Assembly: GCA_019120475.1 (NCBI GenBank)
Contig: DWVA01000175.1
Span: forward strand, 1 to 49,941
Source of the DNA: Candidatus Blautia intestinipullorum
GTDB taxonomy: Bacteria > Bacillota > Clostridia > Lachnospirales > Lachnospiraceae
Length of the DNA stretch: 49,941 nt
Direction: 5' to 3'
In this document: piece after piece, positions 1-10,489 of the stretch
Layout: each line of letters begins with the position of its first letter
How positions within the stretch are numbered: the first letter of the stretch is position 1
Notes under the pieces: model-generated
The model's input: only the letters and a program-made list of their open reading frames with translations
What the model was told of the DNA's origin: nothing
Databases searched by the model: none
Position numbers and translations under genes: made by a program

Positions 1-1
1 A

Positions 2-286
2 TATAAAGATGATATTTTTCCATTCCACGAACAGACCAGAGGGAAAACGATCACCTTTATTATTCAGATGGATGATGAACCGGGATTATTGTCCGGCGTG
101 CTGCAGACGATCGCGCGCTTTCACGGAAATATCCTGACGATCCATCAGAGTATCCCTATTAACGGAATTGCGACCCTGACCCTTAGCGTGGATATTCTTC
201 CGGGAGAGGGAAATGCGGAAGCAATGGTAGAAGAGATTGAACAGAGGGAAGGAATCCATTATCTGAAGATCCTGGGAAAAGAGTGA
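2..286 (+). CDS. thrR: ACT-domain protein, PheB/ThrR (UPF0735) family; 5' end lies outside the window
   Basis: Frame is open from base 2 (YKDDIFPFHEQTRGKTITF...DEPGLLS...NILTIHQSIPING), typical of the family, and the gene sits directly upstream of hom. Confidence 0.8.
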   Translation, partial: YKDDIFPFHEQTRGKTITFIIQMDDEPGLLSGVLQTIARFHGNILTIHQSIPINGIATLTLSVDILPGEGNAEAMVEEIEQREGIHYLKILGKE

Positions 287-336
287 AAATGGATTTCTGC
301 CGGAAATCAAAATAAGAGACAACAGTGGAGGGAAAT

Positions 337-1551
337 ATGGTAAATATTGCGGTATTAGGCTATGGTACAGTAGGAAGCGGCGTAGTGGAGGTGATCAACA
401 CCAACCATAAAAGCATCAATAAGCGCGCCGGTGCGGAAATTAATATCAAATATGTTCTGGATCTGCGGGATTTTCCGGGAGATCCTGTGCAGGAGATCCT
501 GGTGCATGATTATGAGATCATTGCCAATGATCCGGAAGTAGATATCGTTGTAGAGGTCATGGGAGGGATCGAACCGGCTTATACTTTTGTAAAGCGGGCT
601 CTGGAGTCCGGAAAAAGTGTCTGCACCTCCAATAAGGCCCTGGTAGCAAAACATGGTCCGGAACTTATGGAGATTGCCAGAGAAAAGGATATCAACTTCT
701 TATTTGAGGCAAGCTGCGGAGGCGGAATCCCTATCATCCGTGCGCTGAACTCCTCGCTGACAGCAGACGAGATCGACGAGATCACCGGAATCTTAAACGG
801 AACTACCAACTATATGCTTTATAAGATGAGCACGGAAGGTTCGGATTTTGACACTGTTCTGAAAGAGGCTCAGGAGAAGGGGTATGCGGAGGCTGACCCC
901 ACTGCGGATGTGGAAGGATACGATGCCTGCAGAAAGATTGCCATATTGTCCTCTCTTGCATATGGAAAATTCCTGAATTACGAAAATATTTATACAGAAG
1001 GAATCACAAAGATCACACCGGAGGATATGGCTTACGCTTCTGAACTGGGAATGTCGATAAAGCTTCTGGCAACCAGCCGTAAAATAGGCGGCGATTCCTT
1101 CTATGCAATGGTGGCGCCTTTCCTGGTCGGCAAGGAAAGCCCTCTTTACAGTGTAAACGATGTATTCAACGCTGTTTTTGTACATGGAAATGTTCTCGGA
1201 GACGCTATGTTTTACGGAAGCGGAGCCGGCAAGCTTCCTACAGCCAGCGCAGTTGTGGCGGATGTTGTGGATGAGGCAAAGCATCTTCACAGAAACATTA
1301 TGACGAACTGGACGAGCCGCCCGCTGGAGCTTATGGACTTAAGCCAGGTAGAAGGAAGGTTTTTCGTGAGAGTAAAAGGGGCTACCGTGGAACAGGTGGA
1401 AGAGATTTTTGAATCTCCGCAGATCGTAAACCTGAAGCAGTTCCCGGGAGAGTTTGCCTTTATCACATCCTGTATGAAGCAGGGAGAATACCAGGAAAAA
1501 GTGAAAAAGCTTAATGGAAAAGTAATTGCCATGATTCGTGTGAAGGACTGA
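337..1551 (+). CDS. hom: Homoserine dehydrogenase
   Basis: GYGTVGSG Rossmann motif, FEASCGGGIP, GILNGTTNY, AEADPTADVEG; GGAGG RBS before ATG 337. Confidence 0.97.
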   Translation: MVNIAVLGYGTVGSGVVEVINTNHKSINKRAGAEINIKYVLDLRDFPGDPVQEILVHDYEIIANDPEVDIVVEVMGGIEPAYTFVKRALESGKSVCTSNKALVAKHGPELMEIAREKDINFLFEASCGGGIPIIRALNSSLTADEIDEITGILNGTTNYMLYKMSTEGSDFDTVLKEAQEKGYAEADPTADVEGYDACRKIAILSSLAYGKFLNYENIYTEGITKITPEDMAYASELGMSIKLLATSRKIGGDSFYAMVAPFLVGKESPLYSVNDVFNAVFVHGNVLGDAMFYGSGAGKLPTASAVVADVVDEAKHLHRNIMTNWTSRPLELMDLSQVEGRFFVRVKGATVEQVEEIFESPQIVNLKQFPGEFAFITSCMKQGEYQEKVKKLNGKVIAMIRVKD

Positions 1552-1579
1552 AGTCCGTCAGAGAAGGAGTGAGATTATT

Positions 1580-2779
1580 ATGAAATATGTAGTGGTTTTG
1601 GGCGATGGAATGGCTGACTGGCCGCTGGAGAGCCTGAACGGCGGAACGCCTCTTTCCTGTGCGGAAACTCCGGCAATGGACGAGCTGGCGAAAATGTCAG
1701 AAATCGGTATGGTCGCAACTATTCCGGAAGGAATGGCGCCGGGAAGCGATACGGCCAATCTGTCTGTAATGGGATACGATCCCAGAAAATATTATACCGG
1801 CAGATCCCCTTTGGAAGCTCTGAGCATCGGGGTGGATATGAAGGACAGTGATGTGGTGTACCGCTGTAATCTTGTCACCCTGACAGAAGAGGATGCGCCA
1901 TACGAAGAGCAGACGATTCTTGATCACAGTTCCGATGAGATCAGCACCGAAGATGCGGAAATCCTGCTGAGAGATGTATGCAGAGAGCTTGAAAACGAAA
2001 CATATCGTTTTTATACAGGGACAAGTTACCGCCACTGCCTTGTATGGGATAAAGGGCAGGTACTGGAATTGACGCCGCCCCATGATATTCTTACCAGGAA
2101 GATCGGGGAATATCTCCCGGAGGATGAAACTCTCCGATATATGCAGAAGAGAAGCTATGAGATCCTGAAGGATCATCCTCTGAACAAAAAAAGGAAAGAG
2201 CAGGGACTGAATCCCGCCAACAGCTTCTGGTTCTGGGGTGCGGGAACGAAACCGATCCTTACCTCCTTTGAGAACATTTATCATAAAAGAGGTGTAATGA
2301 TCTCCGCTGTGGATCTCCTCAAGGGAATTGCCGTAGGAGCGGAAATGGACCGTATTGAGGTGGAAGGAGCAAACGGAGGTCTTCATACCAATTATGAGGG
2401 TAAGGCAAAAGCCGCTGTGAAGGCTCTTACGGAGCAGGGATATGATTTTGCCTATATTCATGTGGAAGCTCCTGATGAGATGGGACACCAGGGAAGTGTG
2501 GAAAAGAAAATACAGGCAATTGAATATCTGGATCAGAGACTCATCCGTCTGGTAAAAGAGGGACTGGACGCCTTCGGGGAGGATTACCGGATGCTGATCC
2601 TGCCGGATCATCCCACGCCTATCAAAGTCCGTACGCATGTGGCGGAGCCGGTTCCTTATCTTCTTTACGACAGTACTAAGCCCCAGGAACATACCTGGCA
2701 TTATAATGAAAAAGAAGCCGCAGAAAGCGGGAATAAAGTGACCCATGGATGGGACATGATGAAGTATCTGTTTTCATGA
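1580..2779 (+). CDS. Cofactor-independent phosphoglycerate mutase-like (ApgM/AlkP superfamily) protein, proposed homoserine kinase subfamily
   Basis: DGMAD, PGSDTAN (catalytic Ser), HVEAPDEMGH and DHPTP motifs; lies between hom and aspartokinase. Confidence 0.85.
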   Translation: MKYVVVLGDGMADWPLESLNGGTPLSCAETPAMDELAKMSEIGMVATIPEGMAPGSDTANLSVMGYDPRKYYTGRSPLEALSIGVDMKDSDVVYRCNLVTLTEEDAPYEEQTILDHSSDEISTEDAEILLRDVCRELENETYRFYTGTSYRHCLVWDKGQVLELTPPHDILTRKIGEYLPEDETLRYMQKRSYEILKDHPLNKKRKEQGLNPANSFWFWGAGTKPILTSFENIYHKRGVMISAVDLLKGIAVGAEMDRIEVEGANGGLHTNYEGKAKAAVKALTEQGYDFAYIHVEAPDEMGHQGSVEKKIQAIEYLDQRLIRLVKEGLDAFGEDYRMLILPDHPTPIKVRTHVAEPVPYLLYDSTKPQEHTWHYNEKEAAESGNKVTHGWDMMKYLFS

Positions 2780-2807
2780 GGTATGAAAGCAGATTCGGGA
2801 GGAAACT

Positions 2808-4016
2808 ATGTTAATTGTGAAGAAATTCGGCGGAACTTCCGTGGCAAATAAAGAGAGGATCTTTCATGTTGCAGGAAGATGCGCGGAAGAATACAAAAAA
2901 GGAAACGACGTGGTGGTTGTTCTTTCCGCCATGGGAAAATATACAGATGAGCTGATCGCTATGGCGGAGGATATCAATGCCAAACCCCCGAAGAGGGAGA
3001 TGGACATGCTGTTTACTATAGGAGAGCAGATGTCTGTAGCATTAATGAGCATGGCTCTGGACAGTATGGGAATCCCGGCAGTTTCCCTCAATGCTTTTCA
3101 GGTGGCGATGCACACCACAAGCGTTCACGGCAATGCCCGTCTGAAGCGGATTGATACAGAACGTATCCGCAGAGAACTGGAAAGCCGCAGGATCGTAGTG
3201 GTTACCGGATTCCAGGGAATCAATAAATATGACGATTATACGACTCTCGGAAGAGGGGGATCCGATACGACTGCGGTGGCTCTCGCGGCGGCGCTCCATG
3301 CGGATGCCTGCGAAATTTATACGGATGTGGACGGCGTTTACACCGCAGATCCTAGAAAAGTGCCAAATGCCAGAAAACTTAAAGAGATCACTTATGACGA
3401 AATGCTGGATCTGGCGACTCTGGGAGCAGGGGTGCTTCATAACCGTTCCGTGGAGATGGCGAAAAAGTACGGAGTGCCGCTGGTGGTGCGCTCCAGTCTG
3501 AATGACAGTGAGGGAACTGTGGTAAAGGAGGAAGTTACAGTGGAAAGAATGCTGATCAGCGGAGTGGCTCTTGATACGGACGCCGTGAGGATCGCGGTAA
3601 TCGGCCTGAAGGATGTGCCTGGAATGGCATTTAAATTATTTGATGTTCTGGCCAGAAAGCATATCAATGTGGATGTGATCCTGCAGTCCATTGGACGTGC
3701 CGGCACAAAGGATATTTCTTTTACCGTAGATAAAAAAGATCTGGACGACGCGGTAGCGGCCCTTGAAGAAAATCAGGCAAGGCTGGGATATAAGGAGCTT
3801 CATTCAGAGAGAAACATTGCCAAGCTTTCCATCGTAGGAGCGGGAATGATGAGCAATCCGGGCGTGGCTGCAAAAATGTTTGAGAGTCTTTATAACGAAG
3901 GGGTCAACATTAATATGATCTCTACTTCAGAGATCCGCGTAACCGTTCTCATAGATGAAAACGACGGTGTCCGCGCCATGAACGCAGTGCATGACGCTTT
4001 TAATCTGGCGGATTGA
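2808..4016 (+). CDS. lysC: Aspartate kinase with two ACT domains
   Basis: KFGGTS, VVVLSAMG, TLGRGGSDTTA, TDVDGVYTADP, ISTSEI. Confidence 0.97.
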   Translation: MLIVKKFGGTSVANKERIFHVAGRCAEEYKKGNDVVVVLSAMGKYTDELIAMAEDINAKPPKREMDMLFTIGEQMSVALMSMALDSMGIPAVSLNAFQVAMHTTSVHGNARLKRIDTERIRRELESRRIVVVTGFQGINKYDDYTTLGRGGSDTTAVALAAALHADACEIYTDVDGVYTADPRKVPNARKLKEITYDEMLDLATLGAGVLHNRSVEMAKKYGVPLVVRSSLNDSEGTVVKEEVTVERMLISGVALDTDAVRIAVIGLKDVPGMAFKLFDVLARKHINVDVILQSIGRAGTKDISFTVDKKDLDDAVAALEENQARLGYKELHSERNIAKLSIVGAGMMSNPGVAAKMFESLYNEGVNINMISTSEIRVTVLIDENDGVRAMNAVHDAFNLAD

Positions 4017-4039
4017 AAAGGTGAGAAAGAAAAGTAATG

Positions 4040-4067
4040 CAGACTGTCAAATGACAGTCTGTTTTTT
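4040..4067 (+). terminator. Intrinsic terminator after lysC
   Basis: CAGACTGTCA/TGACAGTCTG stem followed by T6. Confidence 0.8.
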
Positions 4068-4204
4068 CTCTTTTACCCAATGAGCCTGGTACATGATCGT
4101 TATATCTGACCGAACAGATATTTACCGGAAATGAATCAAAAAATTATGGAATTGCAGGGGGAATTCCGATATAATAAATAAAAAGGTCAGGAGGTAAAGA
4201 TAAT

Positions 4205-5413
4205 ATGAAAAAGAAATTATTAATATGGATGCTTGCGGGATGTATGGCAGCTGCCATGCCCGCCACTGTGCTGGCTGCGGAAAATGTGGAGGAATCCGGA
4301 ACAGAGACGGAAGCGGGAACGGCAGAACTTGGAGATGATATTTACAGTTTTCAGGTGATGTTTGACGGAGATCTGCTGAAGCTGCCCATGAGCTGTGATG
4401 AACTTATTTCTATGGGCTGGCAGGCTGAGAATCCTGAAGATCTGGATACTATGGTGCAGACCAATTCTTACATAACGGGCGTAAGATTTGTAAAAGGGAA
4501 TTATTATATTTCGGCGGATATACTGAACCTGGGAATCAATGAAGAACCGGCCAGCAAGTGTCTGATTGGCGGCATCGAGGTTGACGCTAGCGGAGCTGTC
4601 CATGAAAATATCGGACAGAAGATCGAACCCGGCATCGCAATGCTTCCGGGAAATATTGAAGTAGGAACAGCGACAATAGAGGATATCAAAGCTGCCTACG
4701 GAGAACCCACCGATACGCACGAAGATGAAGTATATACAGTGCTTACCTATGATAAAGACAGTTTTCAGGATATCACTCTGACTGTCTATCAGGAAACAGG
4801 AACTCTTCTTGAAGTGGACATGCAGAATTTCGTGGAACCGGAAGATTTCGATCCGGGAACAGTCAGCGGGGAAACTCCGTCCATTGTGTCAGATTATAAG
4901 GAGCCTTCTGCTCTGGGTGATGATCTTATGGATCCCACAGTGGAATTCATGGGTGATCTCTATCAGCTTCCGGCGCCAGTTTCTGCCTTTGAGGCCAACG
5001 GCTGGGTGATCCAGGATGCGGAAGAAGGCGCCTATGTGGAAGGTGGCGGACTGGAGTTTATCGATATGATGAAGGAGAACCAGACAGTACGATTCTCTGT
5101 ATATAATTTTACAGAGAATGCCGTTGCCCTGTCAGACTGCTTTGTCCAGGAGCTATCTTTTGCAACTTATGATCCGGAGATCATCGACATGAAGCTGGGC
5201 GGCGGTGTGACTCTGGGAGTATCCAAAGATGATCTGAAGACTATGGCTGAAGCGAAGGGATACGTGTACGAGGCGGAAGGAGATTACGTCAATATTTATA
5301 AGAATGAAAATTCCGGACTTGACGATTATCTCAGCTTCTGGTTTAATAGTGACGAAGATCCTGATAAGGCGTCAGGCATTACCGTTCATCATGAAGTTCT
5401 GAAGAATTCCTGA
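4205..5413 (+). CDS. Secreted acidic protein of unknown function with an internal two-domain duplication
   Basis: Signal peptide, AGGAGG RBS, repeated GDD..(V)xF.GDL..LP......GW motif. Confidence 0.8.
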   Translation: MKKKLLIWMLAGCMAAAMPATVLAAENVEESGTETEAGTAELGDDIYSFQVMFDGDLLKLPMSCDELISMGWQAENPEDLDTMVQTNSYITGVRFVKGNYYISADILNLGINEEPASKCLIGGIEVDASGAVHENIGQKIEPGIAMLPGNIEVGTATIEDIKAAYGEPTDTHEDEVYTVLTYDKDSFQDITLTVYQETGTLLEVDMQNFVEPEDFDPGTVSGETPSIVSDYKEPSALGDDLMDPTVEFMGDLYQLPAPVSAFEANGWVIQDAEEGAYVEGGGLEFIDMMKENQTVRFSVYNFTENAVALSDCFVQELSFATYDPEIIDMKLGGGVTLGVSKDDLKTMAEAKGYVYEAEGDYVNIYKNENSGLDDYLSFWFNSDEDPDKASGITVHHEVLKNS

Positions 5414-5550
5414 TATTCAGGGCAGAACCTGCGGGCATATTTTGCATCGTCTGCAGCGGAGAGATTTTCCTTATCAGATAAGAAACGTATAAAAATCAGA
5501 AGGACCGGCCGTGATACAGATGGCCGGTCCGAACAGGACTGGAGACGAGA

Positions 5551-6351
5551 ATGAGTAAAAACAGGAAATACTGGAAACTGCATGCAAAGGAAAGTTTAAG
5601 AGGAAACTGGGGATTGGCCATAGGAGGAATGCTTCTCTCATCGGCAGTAAATCTGATAGGAAATTATATGGCTTCCGGGCTGTTTCCCGGGGAGACGATT
5701 CCGGCACTTTTGATGAGCCAGGCATTCCTGTTTATTGTGTCTCTGATCGGGATGATCTTTTCCACAGGGTACAGTTATATGCTTTTGAATATGTCCAGGG
5801 GCAGGAGATTCGGGCTTGGGGATCTGCTCTATATGTTCCGGAACCAGCCGGACAGGGTGCTGGTAGCGGGTCTTGTGCTGTCGCTGATTGATACGATTCT
5901 GATGCTGCCCCTTAATTACTGGACGATCATGACAAGTCCTGAAGCCCAGACTTTAGACGCGCAGGTGTCCTGGCTGCAGACGGCCATGGCGCTTCTTGTT
6001 TTGGGAATGGTTCTGGGCGTGATCTTTAAGATTCCGCTGGTTCTGACATTTTATCTCCTGGCGGATAATGGAGAAATGGGCGGTCTGGAAGCGCTGAAAA
6101 CCAGCGTTCGTCTCATGCGGGGAAAGAAGTGGAAATACTTTGTTCTTGAACTTAGTTTCCTGCCTCTGATCATTTTATCCGCTTTTACGCTTTATATCGC
6201 TTTTTTGTGGCTGCTGCCCTATATGCAGGCGGTGGAGACAGCTTTTTATATGGACGCATTAGGAGAATTTGACAGACCGCAGCCAGAGGAATACCCGGAA
6301 AACAGCCTTCCGGAAATCCATCTGGAAGACGATTATAACGCAGAGGCATAA
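5551..6351 (+). CDS. DUF975-family integral membrane protein
   Basis: N-terminal K..AKESLRGNWG, several TM helices, ALKTSVRLMRGKKWKYFVLELSF, LWLLPY motifs. Confidence 0.85.
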   Translation: MSKNRKYWKLHAKESLRGNWGLAIGGMLLSSAVNLIGNYMASGLFPGETIPALLMSQAFLFIVSLIGMIFSTGYSYMLLNMSRGRRFGLGDLLYMFRNQPDRVLVAGLVLSLIDTILMLPLNYWTIMTSPEAQTLDAQVSWLQTAMALLVLGMVLGVIFKIPLVLTFYLLADNGEMGGLEALKTSVRLMRGKKWKYFVLELSFLPLIILSAFTLYIAFLWLLPYMQAVETAFYMDALGEFDRPQPEEYPENSLPEIHLEDDYNAEA

Positions 6352-6372
6352 CAAATCTACTTGGAGGAAGAC

Positions 6373-8526
6373 ATGGATATTATTCTGGAAATTACAAAGG
6401 AGCTGTCTGTAGAGCGCTGGCAGGTGGAAGCAGCGGTAAAACTGATCGACGAAGGATGTACGATCCCGTTTATTTCCCGTTACCGAAAGGAGGCCACAGG
6501 CTCTCTGAATGACGAACAGCTCCGTGCTCTTCATGAACGGCTCCTGTATCTTCGCAATCTGGAAGAGAAGAAGGCGCAGGTTCTTGGCAGCATTGAGGAA
6601 CAGGGCAAACTGACGGAAGAGTTGAAAAAGCAGATCATGGAAGCCCGAACACTGGTAGTTGTAGAGGACTTATACCGTCCTTACCGGCCAAAACGCCGGA
6701 CCCGCGCCACGATCGCGAAGGAAAAGGGACTTGGGCCTCTGGCGGATATCCTGATGCTCCAGATGACAAAAAAATCCATGCAGGAGGAGGCAAAAGCCTT
6801 TTTGTCTGCGGAAAAAGGCGTAGAGACAGAAGAAGACGCCATAAACGGCGCCAAGGATATTCTGGCAGAGTACATTTCCGACGAGGCGGATTACAGAATA
6901 TATATCCGGAAGCTGACATCAAAAAAAGGAACGGTGGTCTCAGCGGCGAAGAAGCCGGAAGAAGCTTCTGTGTACGAAATGTACTATGAATTTGAGGAGC
7001 CTGTCAGAAAACTGGCGGGGCATCGTGTTCTTGCCCTGAACCGCGGGGAGAAAGAAAAGATTCTTACCGTAAAGATTACTGCTCCGGAAGAGGAAATCCT
7101 CGGATGGCTCTGCCGTCAGGTGATCAAAAAGGATAATCCCAACACGACGCCTGTTCTGAAGGAAGTAGTGGAGGACAGCTATAAACGTCTGATCGCTCCC
7201 GCCATTGAGAGAGAGATCAGAAATGACCTTACAGAAAAGGCGGAAGACGGAGCGATCCGTGTATTCGGCAAAAATCTGGAACAGCTTCTGATGCAGCCTC
7301 CTATCGCGGGAAGAGTAGTTCTGGGATGGGATCCCGCGTTTCGTACCGGATGCAAGCTGGCAGTGGTGGATCCTACCGGAAAAGTGCTGGATACCACTGT
7401 TATTTATCCTACGGCGCCTACTTCTGAGGCTAAGATCCGCGCGGCAAAGGATACTCTGAAAAAGCTGATAAAGAAATACAACATTTCACTGATCTCTCTT
7501 GGAAACGGCACAGCCTCAAGAGAATCCGAACAGATCATTGTAGAGCTTCTGAAGGAGATTCCCGAGAAGGTTTCCTATGTGATCACAAATGAGGCCGGCG
7601 CATCTGTATATTCTGCCAGCAAACTGGCTACAGAGGAATTTCCGAACTTTGACGTGGGACAGAGAAGCGCCGCGTCTATTGCCAGAAGGGTTCAGGATCC
7701 TCTGGCGGAGCTGGTCAAAATTGATCCCAAGTCTATCGGCGTGGGACAGTACCAGCATGATATGAAACAGAAAAAACTGGGCGAAGCTCTTACAGGAGTT
7801 GTCGAAGACTGTGTGAATAAAGTAGGAGTGGATCTGAATACTGCGTCTGCCTCCCTTCTGGAGTATATTTCCGGAATAAGCAAAGCCATTGCGAAAAACA
7901 TTGTTCTTTACCGGGAGGAAAACGGAAGGTTTGAAAGCAGGCAGGAGCTTCTTAAAGTGGCGAAACTGGGACCAAAGGCCTTCCAGCAGTGCGCCGGCTT
8001 TATGAGGATCACCGGGGGCAAAAACCCTCTGGATTCCACCAGCGTACATCCGGAAACCTATGAGGCGGCCACAAATCTTCTGACAAAACTTGGCTTCACA
8101 CCAAAGGATGTGGAAGAGAGAAAACTTTCCGGTATTTCCAGTCAGATCAGGGACTATAAGAAGACGGCGGAAGAGCTGGGAATCGGGGAGATCACTCTCC
8201 GGGATATCGCAAAAGAGCTGGAAAAGCCTGCCAGAGATCCCAGAGACGAAATGCCAAAGCCTGTACTCCGCACAGACGTGCTGGATATGAAGGATCTCAA
8301 AGAGGGTATGATCCTGAAAGGGACAGTGAGGAATGTGATCGACTTCGGCGCTTTTGTGGATATCGGCGTTCACCAGGATGGCCTTGTCCATATTTCTGAG
8401 ATCAGCGACAAGTTTATCAAACATCCTCTGGAAGCGGTAAGCGTAGGGGATGTAGTCGATGTCCGTGTTCTGGGCGTGGATCTGAAGAAAAAGAGAATCA
8501 GCCTTTCCATGAAAGGAATTAAATAA
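6373..8526 (+). CDS. tex: Tex-family RNA-binding transcription accessory protein
   Basis: TIPFISRYRKEATG, DPAFRTGCK, NEAGASVYSAS, IGVGQYQHD, C-terminal S1 domain; GGAGG RBS before ATG 6373. Confidence 0.95.
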   Translation: MDIILEITKELSVERWQVEAAVKLIDEGCTIPFISRYRKEATGSLNDEQLRALHERLLYLRNLEEKKAQVLGSIEEQGKLTEELKKQIMEARTLVVVEDLYRPYRPKRRTRATIAKEKGLGPLADILMLQMTKKSMQEEAKAFLSAEKGVETEEDAINGAKDILAEYISDEADYRIYIRKLTSKKGTVVSAAKKPEEASVYEMYYEFEEPVRKLAGHRVLALNRGEKEKILTVKITAPEEEILGWLCRQVIKKDNPNTTPVLKEVVEDSYKRLIAPAIEREIRNDLTEKAEDGAIRVFGKNLEQLLMQPPIAGRVVLGWDPAFRTGCKLAVVDPTGKVLDTTVIYPTAPTSEAKIRAAKDTLKKLIKKYNISLISLGNGTASRESEQIIVELLKEIPEKVSYVITNEAGASVYSASKLATEEFPNFDVGQRSAASIARRVQDPLAELVKIDPKSIGVGQYQHDMKQKKLGEALTGVVEDCVNKVGVDLNTASASLLEYISGISKAIAKNIVLYREENGRFESRQELLKVAKLGPKAFQQCAGFMRITGGKNPLDSTSVHPETYEAATNLLTKLGFTPKDVEERKLSGISSQIRDYKKTAEELGIGEITLRDIAKELEKPARDPRDEMPKPVLRTDVLDMKDLKEGMILKGTVRNVIDFGAFVDIGVHQDGLVHISEISDKFIKHPLEAVSVGDVVDVRVLGVDLKKKRISLSMKGIK

Positions 8527-8552
8527 CAGGCAGCGCGGGGCTGTCAAAAACA

Positions 8553-8622
8553 AAAACCCTGCCGTATTTCATTTTCATCCTTTTTCAAAAACAGATGTTC
8601 TGAAATGCGGCAGGGTTTTCTT
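8553..8622. terminator. Bidirectional terminator between convergent tex and ABC operon
   Basis: AAAACCCTGCCGTATTTCA ... TGAAATGCGGCAGGGTTTT inverted repeat. Confidence 0.75.
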
Positions 8623-8646
8623 CTGTTCTGTATTTGCCGGGTTATA

Positions 8647-9441
8647 TCAGCTTAACAGCGCAGCATCGTTGGAAAATTCCTGGCCGCTGGCTTTTTCAAA
8701 CTGATCCAGAAGGTTGCGTACAGTCAGCTTTTTCTTTTCTTCGCCCTCGATATCAAGAATGATCTTTCCCTCCATCATCATGATCAGACGGTTGCCGTGT
8801 ACGATGGCGTCGTGCATATTGTGGGTGATCATCAATGTGGTGAGGTGATCGCGATTTACGATCTTCTCAGTGATATCAAGTACTTTGGCCGCTGTCTTGG
8901 GGTCCAGGGCAGCCGTGTGTTCGTCCAGAAGCAGAAGCTTCGGTTTTTTCAATGTTGCCATAAGGAGAGTCAGCGCCTGACGCTGGCCGCCGGAAAGAAG
9001 TCCTACTTTAGAAGTGAGGCGGTCCTCCAGCCCAAGATCCAGGATCTTCAGAAGTTCTCTGTATTCGTCACGTTCCTTCCTGGTGATGCCGGCGCGCAGG
9101 GAACGGAATTTTCCCCGGCGTTTGGCAAGGGCAAGATTTTCTTCGATTTCCATGGTAGCCGCTGTGCCGGTCATGGGATCCTGGAACACACGTCCAAGAT
9201 AGGCAGCTCTTTTATGTTCAGAAAGCTTGGTGACATCGTTTCCATCGATGACGATCTTTCCTTCATCTACCAGCCATGTTCCGGCCACCGCGTTCAGCAT
9301 GGTGGATTTGCCTGCTCCGTTTCCGCCGATAACGGTAACGAAATCTCCCTCCTTCAGTGTCAGGGAAAGACCGTTTAAGGCGACTTTTTCGTTGATCGTT
9401 CCGGGATTAAAAGTTTTGTATATGTTTTTCAGCTCAAGCAT
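8647..9441 (-). CDS. ABC transporter ATP-binding protein (TrpXYZ-type putative amino-acid importer)
   Basis: Walker A GGNGAGKS, LSGGQRQ signature, LLLDEHTAALDP. Confidence 0.92.
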   Translation of the reverse strand: MLELKNIYKTFNPGTINEKVALNGLSLTLKEGDFVTVIGGNGAGKSTMLNAVAGTWLVDEGKIVIDGNDVTKLSEHKRAAYLGRVFQDPMTGTAATMEIEENLALAKRRGKFRSLRAGITRKERDEYRELLKILDLGLEDRLTSKVGLLSGGQRQALTLLMATLKKPKLLLLDEHTAALDPKTAAKVLDITEKIVNRDHLTTLMITHNMHDAIVHGNRLIMMMEGKIILDIEGEEKKKLTVRNLLDQFEKASGQEFSNDAALLS

Positions 9442-10360
9442 TCTTGTTTCCTCCCCGTTTGATTGGTTTTGAGAAGTATTTCGCTTTCCAGTAGGGAACC
9501 GCCAGGAAGACGGCTACAACGATAGCGGAGAGCATCTTGAGAAGATCCGTGTCGATACCCATCCAGATAACCGCCTGGAGAACCAGATAGTAAAGGATCG
9601 AACCGATTACCACGCTTACAAGACGCAGGGCGAAATTCCGGAAGATACGGCCGAAAATGGCTTCTCCTATAATGACTGCCGCAAGGCCGATAACGATGGC
9701 GCCCCTTCCCATATTAACGTCCGCAAATCCCTGGTATTGGGCGAGAAGCGCGCTTGAAAGTGCAACAAGCCCGTTGGAGAGCATAAGGCCGAGAACCTTG
9801 CTCACGTCAGTATTGATTCCCTGTGCCCTGGACATGTTGGGATTGCATCCGGTAGCGCGCAGGGAACAGCCAAGCTCCGTACCGAAAAACCAGTAGAGAA
9901 GGGCGATCAGCACAACGATAAAAATCGCCACGATCAGAATGGTGTTCTGATAAAACGGAACATCCTTGATATAGCGCAGAGAAACAAGGAGATCATATTT
10001 GTTTACATTGACAGCCTGATTCGCCTTTCCCATGATCTTCAGGTTTACAGAGTAGAGAGAAAGCTGTGTCAGGATTCCGGCCAGGATAGCGGGGATCCCC
10101 ATGACTGTGTGAAAGATCCCGGTGGCCAGTCCGGCCAGCATTCCGGCTCCTGTAGCCGCCAGCATGGAGATCCAGATGTTATGTCCGCTCATCAGCATCA
10201 TGATGCAGACAGCGCCTCCGGTACACATGGTTCCATCCACGGTAAGGTCGGCGATATCCAGGATGCGGAAGGTAAGATAGACGCCGATCGCCATAATGCC
10301 CCAGATAAGCCCCTGGGCGGCGGCTCCCGGCAGCGCGTTTATTAAGCTCATAATTTCCAT
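9434..10360 (-). CDS. ABC transporter permease (BPD_transp_2 type)
   Basis: DLTVDG, LRATGCN, QYQGFADVNMG motifs; multiple TM helices. Confidence 0.9.
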   Translation of the reverse strand: MEIMSLINALPGAAAQGLIWGIMAIGVYLTFRILDIADLTVDGTMCTGGAVCIMMLMSGHNIWISMLAATGAGMLAGLATGIFHTVMGIPAILAGILTQLSLYSVNLKIMGKANQAVNVNKYDLLVSLRYIKDVPFYQNTILIVAIFIVVLIALLYWFFGTELGCSLRATGCNPNMSRAQGINTDVSKVLGLMLSNGLVALSSALLAQYQGFADVNMGRGAIVIGLAAVIIGEAIFGRIFRNFALRLVSVVIGSILYYLVLQAVIWMGIDTDLLKMLSAIVVAVFLAVPYWKAKYFSKPIKRGGNKNA

Positions 10361-10489
10361 AGGGATGTCCTCCTGTATGAACGCACAGACAGCGAGAAAG
10401 GAAAATCCCTTCTCGCTGAGAGTGTTTATATGTTTTCATATCTTATTTCTTTTATTGTCTGACAATAACGGTTTCTGTAAGCACACAGG

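Noticed and set aside
1697-2746. Long antisense ORFs (349 aa here; also 7516-8553, 26747-27826, 43577-44389 and others)
   Set aside because: They shadow well-supported sense genes, have no RBS or recognisable motifs, and are expected from codon bias at ~50% GC
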